Under the pieces are notes generated by a model. It did no database searches and was not told where the DNA came from. It worked only from the letters and a program-made list of their open reading frames with translations. Positions 34,248 through 43,193 of a DNA stretch of 64,000 nucleotides are shown here, one piece after another. The stretch is from IMG/VR virus record IMGVR_UViG_3300042554_001750. One strand, 5' to 3'. Source of the stretch: a virus (taxonomy: Duplodnaviria > Caudoviricetes). Numbering within the stretch: position 1 is the stretch's first letter; each line of letters starts with the position of its first letter. A program made the translations under genes and the position numbers.

Positions 34248-34817
34248 TTATTTTGCTGCACCTTCAATTTTTTCTTTTGTGCGACCATATGCAGCGATAC
34301 CAAGAACAGCACCCATAGCAATATGGTATAGTCCAGCACCTTGCAATGTCAAGGGCTGCCACTGACTAGTAACTTGACCTTTACTCATTGCTTGTAATAC
34401 AGACCATAATACTGGAAAAATTACAAAGTCAAAGAAGCAAGTTAACATATATAGCCATCCCATTGCAGGACGCCATTTCTTATTGATCCAATCAGTAGAT
34501 TCTTTATCATGTGCAACCAATACATCAGCACCTTGAGCAGCATTGCTACCTGCTTGTGTTAAATTCATTTGCTGCTGAGGGGCTTGATTTATTTGTGTTC
34601 CGATATTGGTTGTTCCCCCGAACCCGGAATTTGAAGACGAACCGAAGCCTCCTGCGGATGGTGCACCAAATGAATTGGATACACTTGTTGTTCCAAAAGA
34701 ACTGCCTTGAGGAAATTGTTGTATTGTTGGATCTGCGGCAAGTTGCGCGTGATGATTGTCATCCGTTGCTATTGGATTTTCAAATCCTGCTTTTTTAGGT
34801 AAAATTGTCGTAGCCAT
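34248..34817 (-). CDS. Holin-like membrane protein (3TM/GTA-holin type)
   Basis: WINKKWRPAMGW, C-terminal TM segments, GIAAYGRTKEK. Confidence 0.6.
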   Translation of the reverse strand: MATTILPKKAGFENPIATDDNHHAQLAADPTIQQFPQGSSFGTTSVSNSFGAPSAGGFGSSSNSGFGGTTNIGTQINQAPQQQMNLTQAGSNAAQGADVLVAHDKESTDWINKKWRPAMGWLYMLTCFFDFVIFPVLWSVLQAMSKGQVTSQWQPLTLQGAGLYHIAMGAVLGIAAYGRTKEKIEGAAK

Positions 34818-34819
34818 GT

Positions 34820-35371
34820 TTACATCCCTGCTATTGCTTTTAAATTTTTGATTTCTTGGTCTTGTGCTTCTTGAGTTGGTTTAGTTGCAAGTCCAGCAAT
34901 TTCTCTCATCTCATTTAATTCTTCTTCGTTTTCTTTTTCTTTTTTATAAACATTTGGATTTGTAATAATTACCTGACGCAATACATGTTCATCAGCATCA
35001 TAATCCTCATCATCAACTTGTACAGTCCACTCAGTTAATTTTAATCCTGTCAAAGTTTTTAGGTCTGAAAGTAATTCTACGATGCGACCAGGTACAGTTG
35101 ATCTTCTGCTTAATTCAACAAATACTAAGTATTTTCCAATGTCAATCTCACTGTCACTTAAACTAGCATCTAAAACCCAGTCATAACCTCTTTCAAACCA
35201 ATCAACTAAATCATTTCCTACTTGTTCGGATTTTACTGTGAAAGCTAAAGTAACTATGTCTTTATCTTCACCCATTTTAGCCGCATACTCATCTACTGTA
35301 ACGGTAGGAAAAACTTGATTTTCCATATCGTGAAAATCTAAGCCTTCAGTAATAAAAATTCTATCTTTCAT
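34820..35371 (-). CDS. Hypothetical protein, 183 aa
   Basis: Long ORF; N-terminal ..FITE. Confidence 0.75.
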   Translation of the reverse strand: MKDRIFITEGLDFHDMENQVFPTVTVDEYAAKMGEDKDIVTLAFTVKSEQVGNDLVDWFERGYDWVLDASLSDSEIDIGKYLVFVELSRRSTVPGRIVELLSDLKTLTGLKLTEWTVQVDDEDYDADEHVLRQVIITNPNVYKKEKENEEELNEMREIAGLATKPTQEAQDQEIKNLKAIAGM

Positions 35372-35373
35372 GA

Positions 35374-35949
35374 TTATTTTGTAGCTTCTTGATTTGATTC
35401 TTGATTTTCAGTGTTTTCACTTTGGTCAATATTTTCTTTATCTAAATCTTCTTCGTATGCATTTTCAATTTCTTCTAAATCTACGGTCTGATCAGATAAA
35501 TCTATGTATCCTTCTTTGATATCGTTCATTAAGTCTTTTGGTATTGTAATTTTAACAAACCAAACTTTTCGTTCTTTCCACTTAGGATAGCGAGTTCCGG
35601 GCTCAAAGTCATCGTAATCTTTGACTTCAATAGGTACTTTAATTTCACTTTTGCCAAAAGATACATCACATCCCAAAGCAGCTAATCTTTTGATTGCACT
35701 TGGATCGGGCATAAGTTTGTATGGCCACATGAATACACAAGAAACTGTGTATCTACCAATATTAGGCCCTTGTACTAATTCACCTAGCTGCCAATTTTTA
35801 AAAGCATATAAATCGGCTTCGTCTAATACTCGTTCGTAGTCCAATAAGGTAGACATAGAACCATCGCTGGTCATGATACCTTTAACTGTGCTTATAATAC
35901 TTACAAAGTCAATGTCGTCAAAGAAGTTGTCTGCGGATTTATGTTTCAT
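35374..35949 (-). CDS. Hypothetical protein, 191 aa
   Basis: GATAAATA 4 nt upstream of ATG. Confidence 0.75.
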   Translation of the reverse strand: MKHKSADNFFDDIDFVSIISTVKGIMTSDGSMSTLLDYERVLDEADLYAFKNWQLGELVQGPNIGRYTVSCVFMWPYKLMPDPSAIKRLAALGCDVSFGKSEIKVPIEVKDYDDFEPGTRYPKWKERKVWFVKITIPKDLMNDIKEGYIDLSDQTVDLEEIENAYEEDLDKENIDQSENTENQESNQEATK

Positions 35950-36116
35950 CTTGTATTTATCAAGATATAAAAGAAATTGAAAGATTGAAATTTTTACCCT
36001 TAGCCTAATATTTATCTAGGAATTTGTGTAAAAACATGCACATTTTACAGTATGCATGACCTTTTTAAATAACATTGAATGTTGCAACATTTACTGCTCT
36101 TAAAAAGGAGAAAAAC

Positions 36117-36896
36117 TTGAGCAAAAGAAAAACTAGTGCATTACGCAATAATATCCAAGATACACGCTCACATTCAAAACAATCAGATCAAACATTCTAC
36201 ATGAAAGAGTCTAAAACTATTGACTTCAATAAGGGACAACTAAAGGTTAAAGTACGAAAACCAGTTGACCTAATCCCCAAAACCCTAAATCAAGAAAAGT
36301 ATATACTTTCGCTACTTGACAATGAAACCGACATTGTAGTAGTATCGGGGCCAGCGGGCACGGGTAAAACTTATTTGGCAATGGTTGCAGCCATCAAAGC
36401 AATGCGCTCTGGTGAATGCAGTTCAATCATTTTAACTAGACCTGCAGTAGGTGTAGACGATGAAAAACATGGATTCTTACCCGGCGATTTAAATCAAAAG
36501 ATGGAACCATGGACTCGTCCATTACTTGATGTACTCAGAGAATATTATTCGGTTAAAGAAATACAACAAATGCTAGAAGAACAAATTATAGAAATAGCAC
36601 CCCTAGCATTTTGCAGAGGCAGAAATTTCAAAAATAGCTGGGTAATATTAGATGAGGCTCAAAACGCTACTCCAAGTCAATTAAAAATGATTATGACAAG
36701 AATAGGAGTAGGAAGCAAAATTGTAATTACAGGTGATGTTGAACAGACTGACCGAAAATCTACTCAAAATGGTTTACAAGACCTTGTAGATAGATTACAA
36801 GAATCCAAAGTTCCAGGATTAACTTCGTGTAAATTTGATATCCGTGATGTACAGCGACACAAAATCATAGAACATGTGTTGAAACTATACTCTTAA
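36117..36896 (+). CDS. phoH: PhoH-like ATPase
   Basis: GPAGTGKT, GFLPG, RGRNF, DEAQN, GDVEQTD; TTG start after GGAG; TAAATA at 36066. Confidence 0.92.
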   Translation: MSKRKTSALRNNIQDTRSHSKQSDQTFYMKESKTIDFNKGQLKVKVRKPVDLIPKTLNQEKYILSLLDNETDIVVVSGPAGTGKTYLAMVAAIKAMRSGECSSIILTRPAVGVDDEKHGFLPGDLNQKMEPWTRPLLDVLREYYSVKEIQQMLEEQIIEIAPLAFCRGRNFKNSWVILDEAQNATPSQLKMIMTRIGVGSKIVITGDVEQTDRKSTQNGLQDLVDRLQESKVPGLTSCKFDIRDVQRHKIIEHVLKLYS

Positions 36897-36920
36897 AAAT
36901 GGGGCTTAGGCCCCATTTTT
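36895..36920. terminator. Bidirectional terminator between convergent genes
   Basis: AAAAATGGGGC-TTAG-GCCCCATTTTT. Confidence 0.85.
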
Positions 36921-37185
36921 ATTCGGCTTTTGAAGTAATAGTTGCTTCTTTTTCTAGTTGCTCAACTAGATTGGGATAAATTTTCTTATAATATTCCTGC
37001 ATCTTTTCCCAATCAGTATCTACAATCTTACCTTCAATAACACATTTATTGACTGTTTTTGAAACGAAATCCATAATAACATTACATGTTTGTAGATCGG
37101 CTGGCTTGATCCGTTTTGAAACTACAACCTGTTCGTCAATCTGCCCACCGGGCTTTCTAATAAAAGTTATAAGTAAATATCTCAT
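36919..37185 (-). CDS. Hypothetical protein, 88 aa
   Basis: Overlap with the clamp loader stop. Confidence 0.7.
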   Translation of the reverse strand: MRYLLITFIRKPGGQIDEQVVVSKRIKPADLQTCNVIMDFVSKTVNKCVIEGKIVDTDWEKMQEYYKKIYPNLVEQLEKEATITSKAE

Positions 37186-38105
37186 GATGTTAGTTCTGCT
37201 AATGTTGCTGCCAAACTGATTTCGGGAATTCCTACTAGTGGAAGATTGGCAAGACCGTTCCTTATAATAATGATACTTTCGTCTTTCTTTTCTTGTGTAC
37301 TACCCCAAAGATCAATATTATCATACATCCATTTATAAGTATCTTCAATTCGTGTAGGATGCAGACTAATATATTGCATCAGTCGTTGTCTTCCTTCAAG
37401 AATTTTTCCAGCCTTGAATAATTGAGTCGCTTCAATCAACAATTCATGTTCACTAGCACCCTGACTTTGTGAGGGTAGAAGCTTACCACTGTTGCTATTG
37501 ACTTGAAGTTGATTCAAGCATTTGCGTAAATCTGGATAAGTTCCTCGCACATAAGTATCCAATGTATCTAAATCAAACTCAACATTTTCAGTTACAAGAA
37601 CAGTGGCTGCTCTTGCTGTGAATTCTGTCATGTCCGTTTTAGCAATATGGAATTCGTGACAGCGTGACTTCAACGCAGGAATAATCTTGTGTGCATAGTT
37701 ACAAGTTAGAATATATCTAACAGTCATATGATATGCTTCCATATCATTACGCAATGCTGCCTGACTTGGTTGAGTTAGATAGTCAGCCTCATCTAGTAAT
37801 ACGACTTTAAACTTACCAAAGGGCATTGTTTGAACAAAGCCATTGATCTTTTCACGCAACATATCAATACCGTTTTCACGGCTTGCGTTGATTTCAAGTA
37901 CATCAAAATCTTCTACACCAAGTTCGTTTATAAGAACTTTAGCCAGTGTAGTTTTACCTGTACCCGGATCACCACTGAACAGTAGATGCGGAATACTTTC
38001 GTCAGTAATCCATTGTTTTACTTGTTGTCTTTGCCGATCATCAACAAAAACATACTCATCTACTGTACCAGGACGATATTTCTCTACCCAAAGTTGATTC
38101 TTCAT
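37182..38105 (-). CDS. Clamp loader subunit (gp44/RFC-like AAA+)
   Basis: WVEKYRP, GDPGTGKT, NAS, DEAD, SRC. Confidence 0.93.
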   Translation of the reverse strand: MKNQLWVEKYRPGTVDEYVFVDDRQRQQVKQWITDESIPHLLFSGDPGTGKTTLAKVLINELGVEDFDVLEINASRENGIDMLREKINGFVQTMPFGKFKVVLLDEADYLTQPSQAALRNDMEAYHMTVRYILTCNYAHKIIPALKSRCHEFHIAKTDMTEFTARAATVLVTENVEFDLDTLDTYVRGTYPDLRKCLNQLQVNSNSGKLLPSQSQGASEHELLIEATQLFKAGKILEGRQRLMQYISLHPTRIEDTYKWMYDNIDLWGSTQEKKDESIIIIRNGLANLPLVGIPEISLAATLAELTS

Positions 38106-38791
38106 TCTTTCTTTTCACCAAAAAGTTGTAGTAACGACAAGAAGATATTAATGAAATCTAGGTACAATGTCAATGCCCCTGACACTTCCGCTGCACCCGT
38201 ATCAGTATCATAACTGACCATTTCACGAATCTTTTGGGTGTCATATGCTGTTAGTCCCAAAAAGATAATAATAGCCAAAGCACTAATAACCATAGCACCC
38301 ACAGTACTACCAATGAAAATATTAATGATAGAGGCAATAATAATGGCAATGAGACCAACAAACATAAACTTGCCAAGACTATCAAGGTTGCTCTTAGTAA
38401 AGTACCCATATAAACTCATGACTCCAAATAATACGGCAGCACCCATAAATGCTGTAAAGATGCTACCCATTTGATATACAGCAAAGATTGTAGCAAAGCT
38501 AAGTCCCATCAATGCCGCAAAACCGTATAGCATTAGTTGTGCTATTGATTTTGGAGGATTAGCGTTAAGTGCTGCTGAGATACCAAATATTGCAACCAGT
38601 GGTAGAAAAATAACAACCCACTTTAGCCAACCTGTAAAGAAAAATTCTAGCAATGCTGGAGTAGTTCCAACAAAATAACTTACAAACATACTTACAAGAA
38701 CAGCAAGGCTCATGTGTTGATATACTCTTGCCATCGCTGTGTTGATTTGTTCAGCATTTCTATATGCTGGAATAGCTTCAGTGTAAAACAT
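38102..38791 (-). CDS. Bax inhibitor-1/YccA family membrane protein
   Basis: Seven hydrophobic segments, YDTQKI, ALTLYLDFINIF. Confidence 0.9.
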   Translation of the reverse strand: MFYTEAIPAYRNAEQINTAMARVYQHMSLAVLVSMFVSYFVGTTPALLEFFFTGWLKWVVIFLPLVAIFGISAALNANPPKSIAQLMLYGFAALMGLSFATIFAVYQMGSIFTAFMGAAVLFGVMSLYGYFTKSNLDSLGKFMFVGLIAIIIASIINIFIGSTVGAMVISALAIIIFLGLTAYDTQKIREMVSYDTDTGAAEVSGALTLYLDFINIFLSLLQLFGEKKE

Positions 38792-38794
38792 AGT

Positions 38795-39085
38795 TTAACT
38801 CCTTAAATTTTGATATGTAATAATTTTTCCAATTTCAGAACCAAGGTCCTTATCATCAGTAATAATATGTAGATTCATGTTATTTTCATCGCGCTTTCTG
38901 TCATATTGGCGAGTTTCAATAACGAATCCACCGTCAGCACGATAAACACTAAAATTCATGCCGTGAGTATTCAGTGACCGTTCTGATACGGTTGCTAACC
39001 TGGGTGATATATCTTTCTCTAGTTGATTAGCATCTTCCCATGCCTCACGACACATTTTAGCAAACCATTTTTTAAAAAAACTCAT
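38795..39085 (-). CDS. Hypothetical protein
   Basis: ATGA overlap places the start at 39085. Confidence 0.65.
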   Translation of the reverse strand: MSFFKKWFAKMCREAWEDANQLEKDISPRLATVSERSLNTHGMNFSVYRADGGFVIETRQYDRKRDENNMNLHIITDDKDLGSEIGKIITYQNLRS

Positions 39086-39717
39086 TGTAAATTTACCTTT
39101 CCTCCGCACTTAGGGCATACAAAAGCACCCTCACTATCTTCGTCAGGATTCTCAACTAACTCCATAATATCGTCAGTTACAAAATCGCAACTTTCACATT
39201 TGAATTGTGCGTATTCTGCAGGTTCGGTAGCATTCTCAAAAGGCCAAGCGGCACCGGGCTTTAATTCAACTGAACTAATTTCTGTAGTTTCTTCGTGTTC
39301 GCCTGTTGTGAAACTTTCACCTTCTGTGCCATCATCATTGATTCTTGTGATTTCTAAATCACAATCAATGATCATTTCACATTCATCTTGCGTCCAGCCA
39401 TGATCACATTCAAGGTCTAACCAACTGTTACCTTCATCAAAGAATTCTTCAAGCCATTCTTGTGTTTCTTCGTCACAATCATCCAGATCATGGTCTTCCC
39501 AACAACCGTCGGTAGTTTCAATTAGTTCGCTTTCATATCCGCAGTTATAGATATCTACCCCTGCTTCAATTTTGGGAGGATTATCGTCGTCAGTGTAAAC
39601 ATAAAATTCACCCCAGCGCCAACCTGTTTCAACCATAATAGTATTGTCATCTTTGGTCAAGTAGTTGCGTTCAACTACTGACTTCTTCCAGGTTGGTTCT
39701 ACTTTCCAAGTTGCCAT
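39082..39717 (-). CDS. Acidic protein with C-terminal Zn ribbon
   Basis: CESC...CPKC. Confidence 0.7.
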   Translation of the reverse strand: MATWKVEPTWKKSVVERNYLTKDDNTIMVETGWRWGEFYVYTDDDNPPKIEAGVDIYNCGYESELIETTDGCWEDHDLDDCDEETQEWLEEFFDEGNSWLDLECDHGWTQDECEMIIDCDLEITRINDDGTEGESFTTGEHEETTEISSVELKPGAAWPFENATEPAEYAQFKCESCDFVTDDIMELVENPDEDSEGAFVCPKCGGKVNLQ

Positions 39718-39718
39718 T

Positions 39719-40087
39719 TTAATATACCTTATCACTCATTGTATGATCATTGACGGGTTCATCACTCACCATGAGTACTTCATTGTTATCAACTTTACGG
39801 ATAACTTTTTCACCCTCGTCATCTTCTATTTTAATCCCTCTTGTCCAACGACCGTGACTGATTAGGATATATTGCCCAACCTGTATGTCCTTTTGTTCGG
39901 GTCCAATAGCATATACCTTTGCCCATCTTGGACGAATGCCCGAACTTTTCATATCATCATTTAACAATACGATGCCACCATTACTAATACGTTCATCAAA
40001 TGTCATATCAGATACAATGATAGTATCATTTAATGGATACAACTTTTTGATTTTGTGCGCTGCGTAGGCTAACTTTTTATCTTCCAT
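39719..40087 (-). CDS. groES: Co-chaperonin GroES-like (gp31 analogue)
   Basis: PLNDTIIV, GGIVL, VYAIGP, VGQYIL. Confidence 0.75.
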   Translation of the reverse strand: MEDKKLAYAAHKIKKLYPLNDTIIVSDMTFDERISNGGIVLLNDDMKSSGIRPRWAKVYAIGPEQKDIQVGQYILISHGRWTRGIKIEDDEGEKVIRKVDNNEVLMVSDEPVNDHTMSDKVY

Positions 40088-40464
40088 TACTCTTCCTCTT
40101 TATTGCTGGCCTTTTTGATTTCTTCTACTTCAAAATCATCTTCCATTTCAGCAATAAGTTCTATTTCTTCTTGGGTTAATTCTTCTTCTTTGGGTAGTTC
40201 AGCTAACACAATCTGTTCCTGGATTGGTTCAGGTTGAATTTTATCGGCGACTGCTCTAACTGGATTAGCTGTTCTATTACCCACAGTCTTAGAATAGTTT
40301 TTGTTAACCTTTGAAGTAACGGGCTGAATGATTCTGCCATTACTATCAATCGTGTCTCCGCGGGCGTTAACCTTCATATTTCCAACAGCCCTAGTTTTGT
40401 CATTTTTTGTAACCAGTGCCGACATATCAAAAGGTTTACCCAATGCTGTTCTGCGAATAACCAT
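40087..40464 (-). CDS. Hypothetical protein, 125 aa
   Basis: Late box TAAATA (40484-40489) and SD. Confidence 0.75.
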   Translation of the reverse strand: MVIRRTALGKPFDMSALVTKNDKTRAVGNMKVNARGDTIDSNGRIIQPVTSKVNKNYSKTVGNRTANPVRAVADKIQPEPIQEQIVLAELPKEEELTQEEIELIAEMEDDFEVEEIKKASNKEEE

Positions 40465-40486
40465 AATAATCTCCTTAAAAATGTAT

Positions 40487-40993
40487 TTACTTCAAAAACT
40501 CGTCAATTGACAAATCATAGAATATTGAATTGATTTTGTGTACTCCCAAGAGATACAAAACATAACTTGCTACGCTACTACCTCGTCCTACTCCCCAAAC
40601 AATATTATGTTGTCGCATCGTGTCTACTAAAAATTTAAGATACCTTAGTAGGTCAAACATATCCCGTTCTTGATACAACAAAAGTTCTTGACCCACCCGT
40701 TGCAATTCAACTTCCGTAGTACACAAATCTAAAACATATTTGGCTATATCCAGTTGTTTATACTGTTCGGGCATGAGCCACTGTCTTTGTAGTCCCAAAT
40801 CAAAATCCTCAACAGACAAGTTAGTTGGGATGTATTGTTCAATTTGGGGAATGTCTGACAAATCTAAAGATTCGTCAAATAAAATTTCCTTGTCAGTCAA
40901 AACTTTAGACAAAGAGATTTCAGGATTCTTTAGATAGAATTCACATAAGTCTGTTTCAGAATAAATCTTCTGACCATAAATATCTTGGCGCAT
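40487..40993 (-). CDS. Stand-alone fragment of DNA polymerase III alpha (DnaE-like)
   Basis: WGVGRGSSVASYVLYLLGV; ends before the PDxDxD catalytic motif. Confidence 0.75.
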   Translation of the reverse strand: MRQDIYGQKIYSETDLCEFYLKNPEISLSKVLTDKEILFDESLDLSDIPQIEQYIPTNLSVEDFDLGLQRQWLMPEQYKQLDIAKYVLDLCTTEVELQRVGQELLLYQERDMFDLLRYLKFLVDTMRQHNIVWGVGRGSSVASYVLYLLGVHKINSIFYDLSIDEFLK

Positions 40994-40999
40994 TTAGAT

Positions 41000-41029
41000 A
41001 TTATAAAGCATACCAACTACTGGTGTCAA
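41000..41029 (-). promoter_or_regulatory. Sigma70 promoter of the DnaE fragment gene
   Basis: TTGACA-N18-TATAAT; ATG 6 nt after the -10 box. Confidence 0.7.
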
Positions 41030-41638
41030 CTATTCTTTATCCAAACTCAGTATGACCACATCTTGATTTTTATTCTTTTTGGGTTTCCCTGGCCAATTCA
41101 ATCCAATGTCATGCCAATCTACATCTGTTTTGTTTAAATGGACAATTTTTTCCTTTTTGGTAGTTTTCTTTACCCAATCACTAACAATGGGTTTCGTAGA
41201 GAACCACCAAGAATCGGTCATATAAAATATGTCTGATTCTTCTTCTGCTGAGATATGAAATTCTACCCCCTCACAAATTTTACTAAGGATAGTGATATTT
41301 TTAACCTTTAATCTATCTTCACAGATGCTATCAATTTTTTTCATTAGAACACATGCAACAACTTGATCATATGGATCCTCAGGCAATGTTGATATTTTTA
41401 AGCCTGCTTTTATATAATTCTCAATTATAGATTTATCCTCATGCAAAGATATAAACAACACATTTTCAAAACATTCATCAAATATAAATTTAATGCGTTC
41501 CAAACTAATTGTTTGTTCTTCCATTTCTTCAGTGTATACTTCCATCAACAAGTCAATATCATAAGTATTGATTATAAATGTGTTTTCAAAATGAATGGCA
41601 GAATTAAAAGAGAATTTTTTAGATACTAAAGCTGTCAT
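41030..41638 (-). CDS. Hypothetical protein, 202 aa
   Basis: Long ORF coupled to neighbours. Confidence 0.75.
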   Translation of the reverse strand: MTALVSKKFSFNSAIHFENTFIINTYDIDLLMEVYTEEMEEQTISLERIKFIFDECFENVLFISLHEDKSIIENYIKAGLKISTLPEDPYDQVVACVLMKKIDSICEDRLKVKNITILSKICEGVEFHISAEEESDIFYMTDSWWFSTKPIVSDWVKKTTKKEKIVHLNKTDVDWHDIGLNWPGKPKKNKNQDVVILSLDKE

Positions 41639-41871
41639 TTGTTGTCTTTTTCAATATTGATTTTGGTTTGAATGTTTTGCTTTTTAATCAACGCATCCAT
41701 TTTTTTGTTGTATTCGGTTTTATAGCTTTCTAAAACCATATTCAGTTGATGAATAAGAGGACCATTGGCTGTCCTATAGGCAAAAGTCAATTTACCCGTA
41801 AGCTGACCAATGGTTTCTTGAAGTTCTTCTAACGATTTATCGTCTAAACTATGTACAAAAGGATGTTGCAT
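41635..41871 (-). CDS. Hypothetical coiled-coil protein
   Basis: ATAAATA 6 nt upstream of ATG. Confidence 0.7.
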   Translation of the reverse strand: MQHPFVHSLDDKSLEELQETIGQLTGKLTFAYRTANGPLIHQLNMVLESYKTEYNKKMDALIKKQNIQTKINIEKDNK

Positions 41872-41883
41872 CCTAAATATTTA

Positions 41884-43173
41884 TTACCAAGAACTTAAGC
41901 TAATTCTTTTCCAGATATCTGTGCCGTTGTACGCAGTTGCAGTTATAGCAACGTTTGCATTTGGATAATTCTCATTAGTTAGAGTAACTACATTTCCGGC
42001 TACGCCTGCTGTTCTAGTATCACTTATAGAAATAACACCCGATACTGGCGTATTCAAAGTTTTAACATAATAAACTTGATTTTGGGTAATGTTTCCAAAA
42101 GCATTAGATGTAAATGCATCTCCGGTAAAGATAATAGGATCGTTGACACTTAAACTAGTTGTATTATCTAATTGAATTAAATCAGCGGTACCTGTGATTG
42201 TAGTTGAACCTACTGTTTGGCTTGTGCTGATGTTATATGTTCCTGCACCACCTGAACCTGAACCCAATGATGTAATATATGTGCCGGCTGTGACACCAGT
42301 ACCAGTTAAGAACATTCCTACTAAGAATGTACCAGTTACTGTGCCACCAACAGTTAAAACTGTTCCTGTTATTGAGCTAGCAGTGCCACTAGCTGTTAAA
42401 TGATTGGTAACGTTGCCGTAAATCGTATTTGCTCCGGACTTCAATGTAGTGGTAGCATCATATGTGCCGGTGCATACATACAAATAGTCCGCATCAACAG
42501 CGACAGTTCCAGCTACATCCCCCTTAAATCCTGTTGGGGAAGGAGTTCTATTTTGAATCTGAGTTGTTATACGAGGCCTGTTTGTTGGTGATATAACAAT
42601 TGTGTCACCGCAATCATTAGAATTAAGTTGATAATTTAATTGTGAGACTCCATATGGAGTAGTAATCACGGCTGCATTAGCAGTATTAGTGAAATTTTCT
42701 AAGGTTGTAGCACCAAAGTTATTGTTTGTACAAACAACTTCACTTGGGAAAGTGATTGACGCATTAGCATTGCTAACTGCCAATTCTAATTTTATACCAC
42801 CTTGAGTAGCTACTGGGGACCATCCGCCGAACTGAATTACTACATCTTCTGCTACTGTACCATATTGAACATCACCCAATGATGCATCTATTAAAACTGT
42901 ACCGGAAAGATTATTTCCTAAATTATAAGTTGTGGCTCTGAAACTGCGTGTGGATGCATTACTGATCAGTGTGTTGGCCATATCATTATTCAATGCAGCA
43001 TTAGCCAATGCTGATTTAAGAACTACTTTATTCTGTAAATCAGAAATTTCATTTCCTGCTGCATCTAAATTTGTTTTGATGGCGGCAAAATTATTTCTAA
43101 AGCCCTGTGAACTATTATTTTGTCCGGGCACTGGATAATTTACATCAATTCCGTTTGTGTTAATTGTACTCAT
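41884..43173 (-). CDS. Virion structural protein (baseplate/fibre-like)
   Basis: T/G/N-rich beta composition; late box upstream. Confidence 0.65.
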   Translation of the reverse strand: MSTINTNGIDVNYPVPGQNNSSQGFRNNFAAIKTNLDAAGNEISDLQNKVVLKSALANAALNNDMANTLISNASTRSFRATTYNLGNNLSGTVLIDASLGDVQYGTVAEDVVIQFGGWSPVATQGGIKLELAVSNANASITFPSEVVCTNNNFGATTLENFTNTANAAVITTPYGVSQLNYQLNSNDCGDTIVISPTNRPRITTQIQNRTPSPTGFKGDVAGTVAVDADYLYVCTGTYDATTTLKSGANTIYGNVTNHLTASGTASSITGTVLTVGGTVTGTFLVGMFLTGTGVTAGTYITSLGSGSGGAGTYNISTSQTVGSTTITGTADLIQLDNTTSLSVNDPIIFTGDAFTSNAFGNITQNQVYYVKTLNTPVSGVISISDTRTAGVAGNVVTLTNENYPNANVAITATAYNGTDIWKRISLSSW

Positions 43174-43193
43174 AATTTAATTCCGTATTATAT

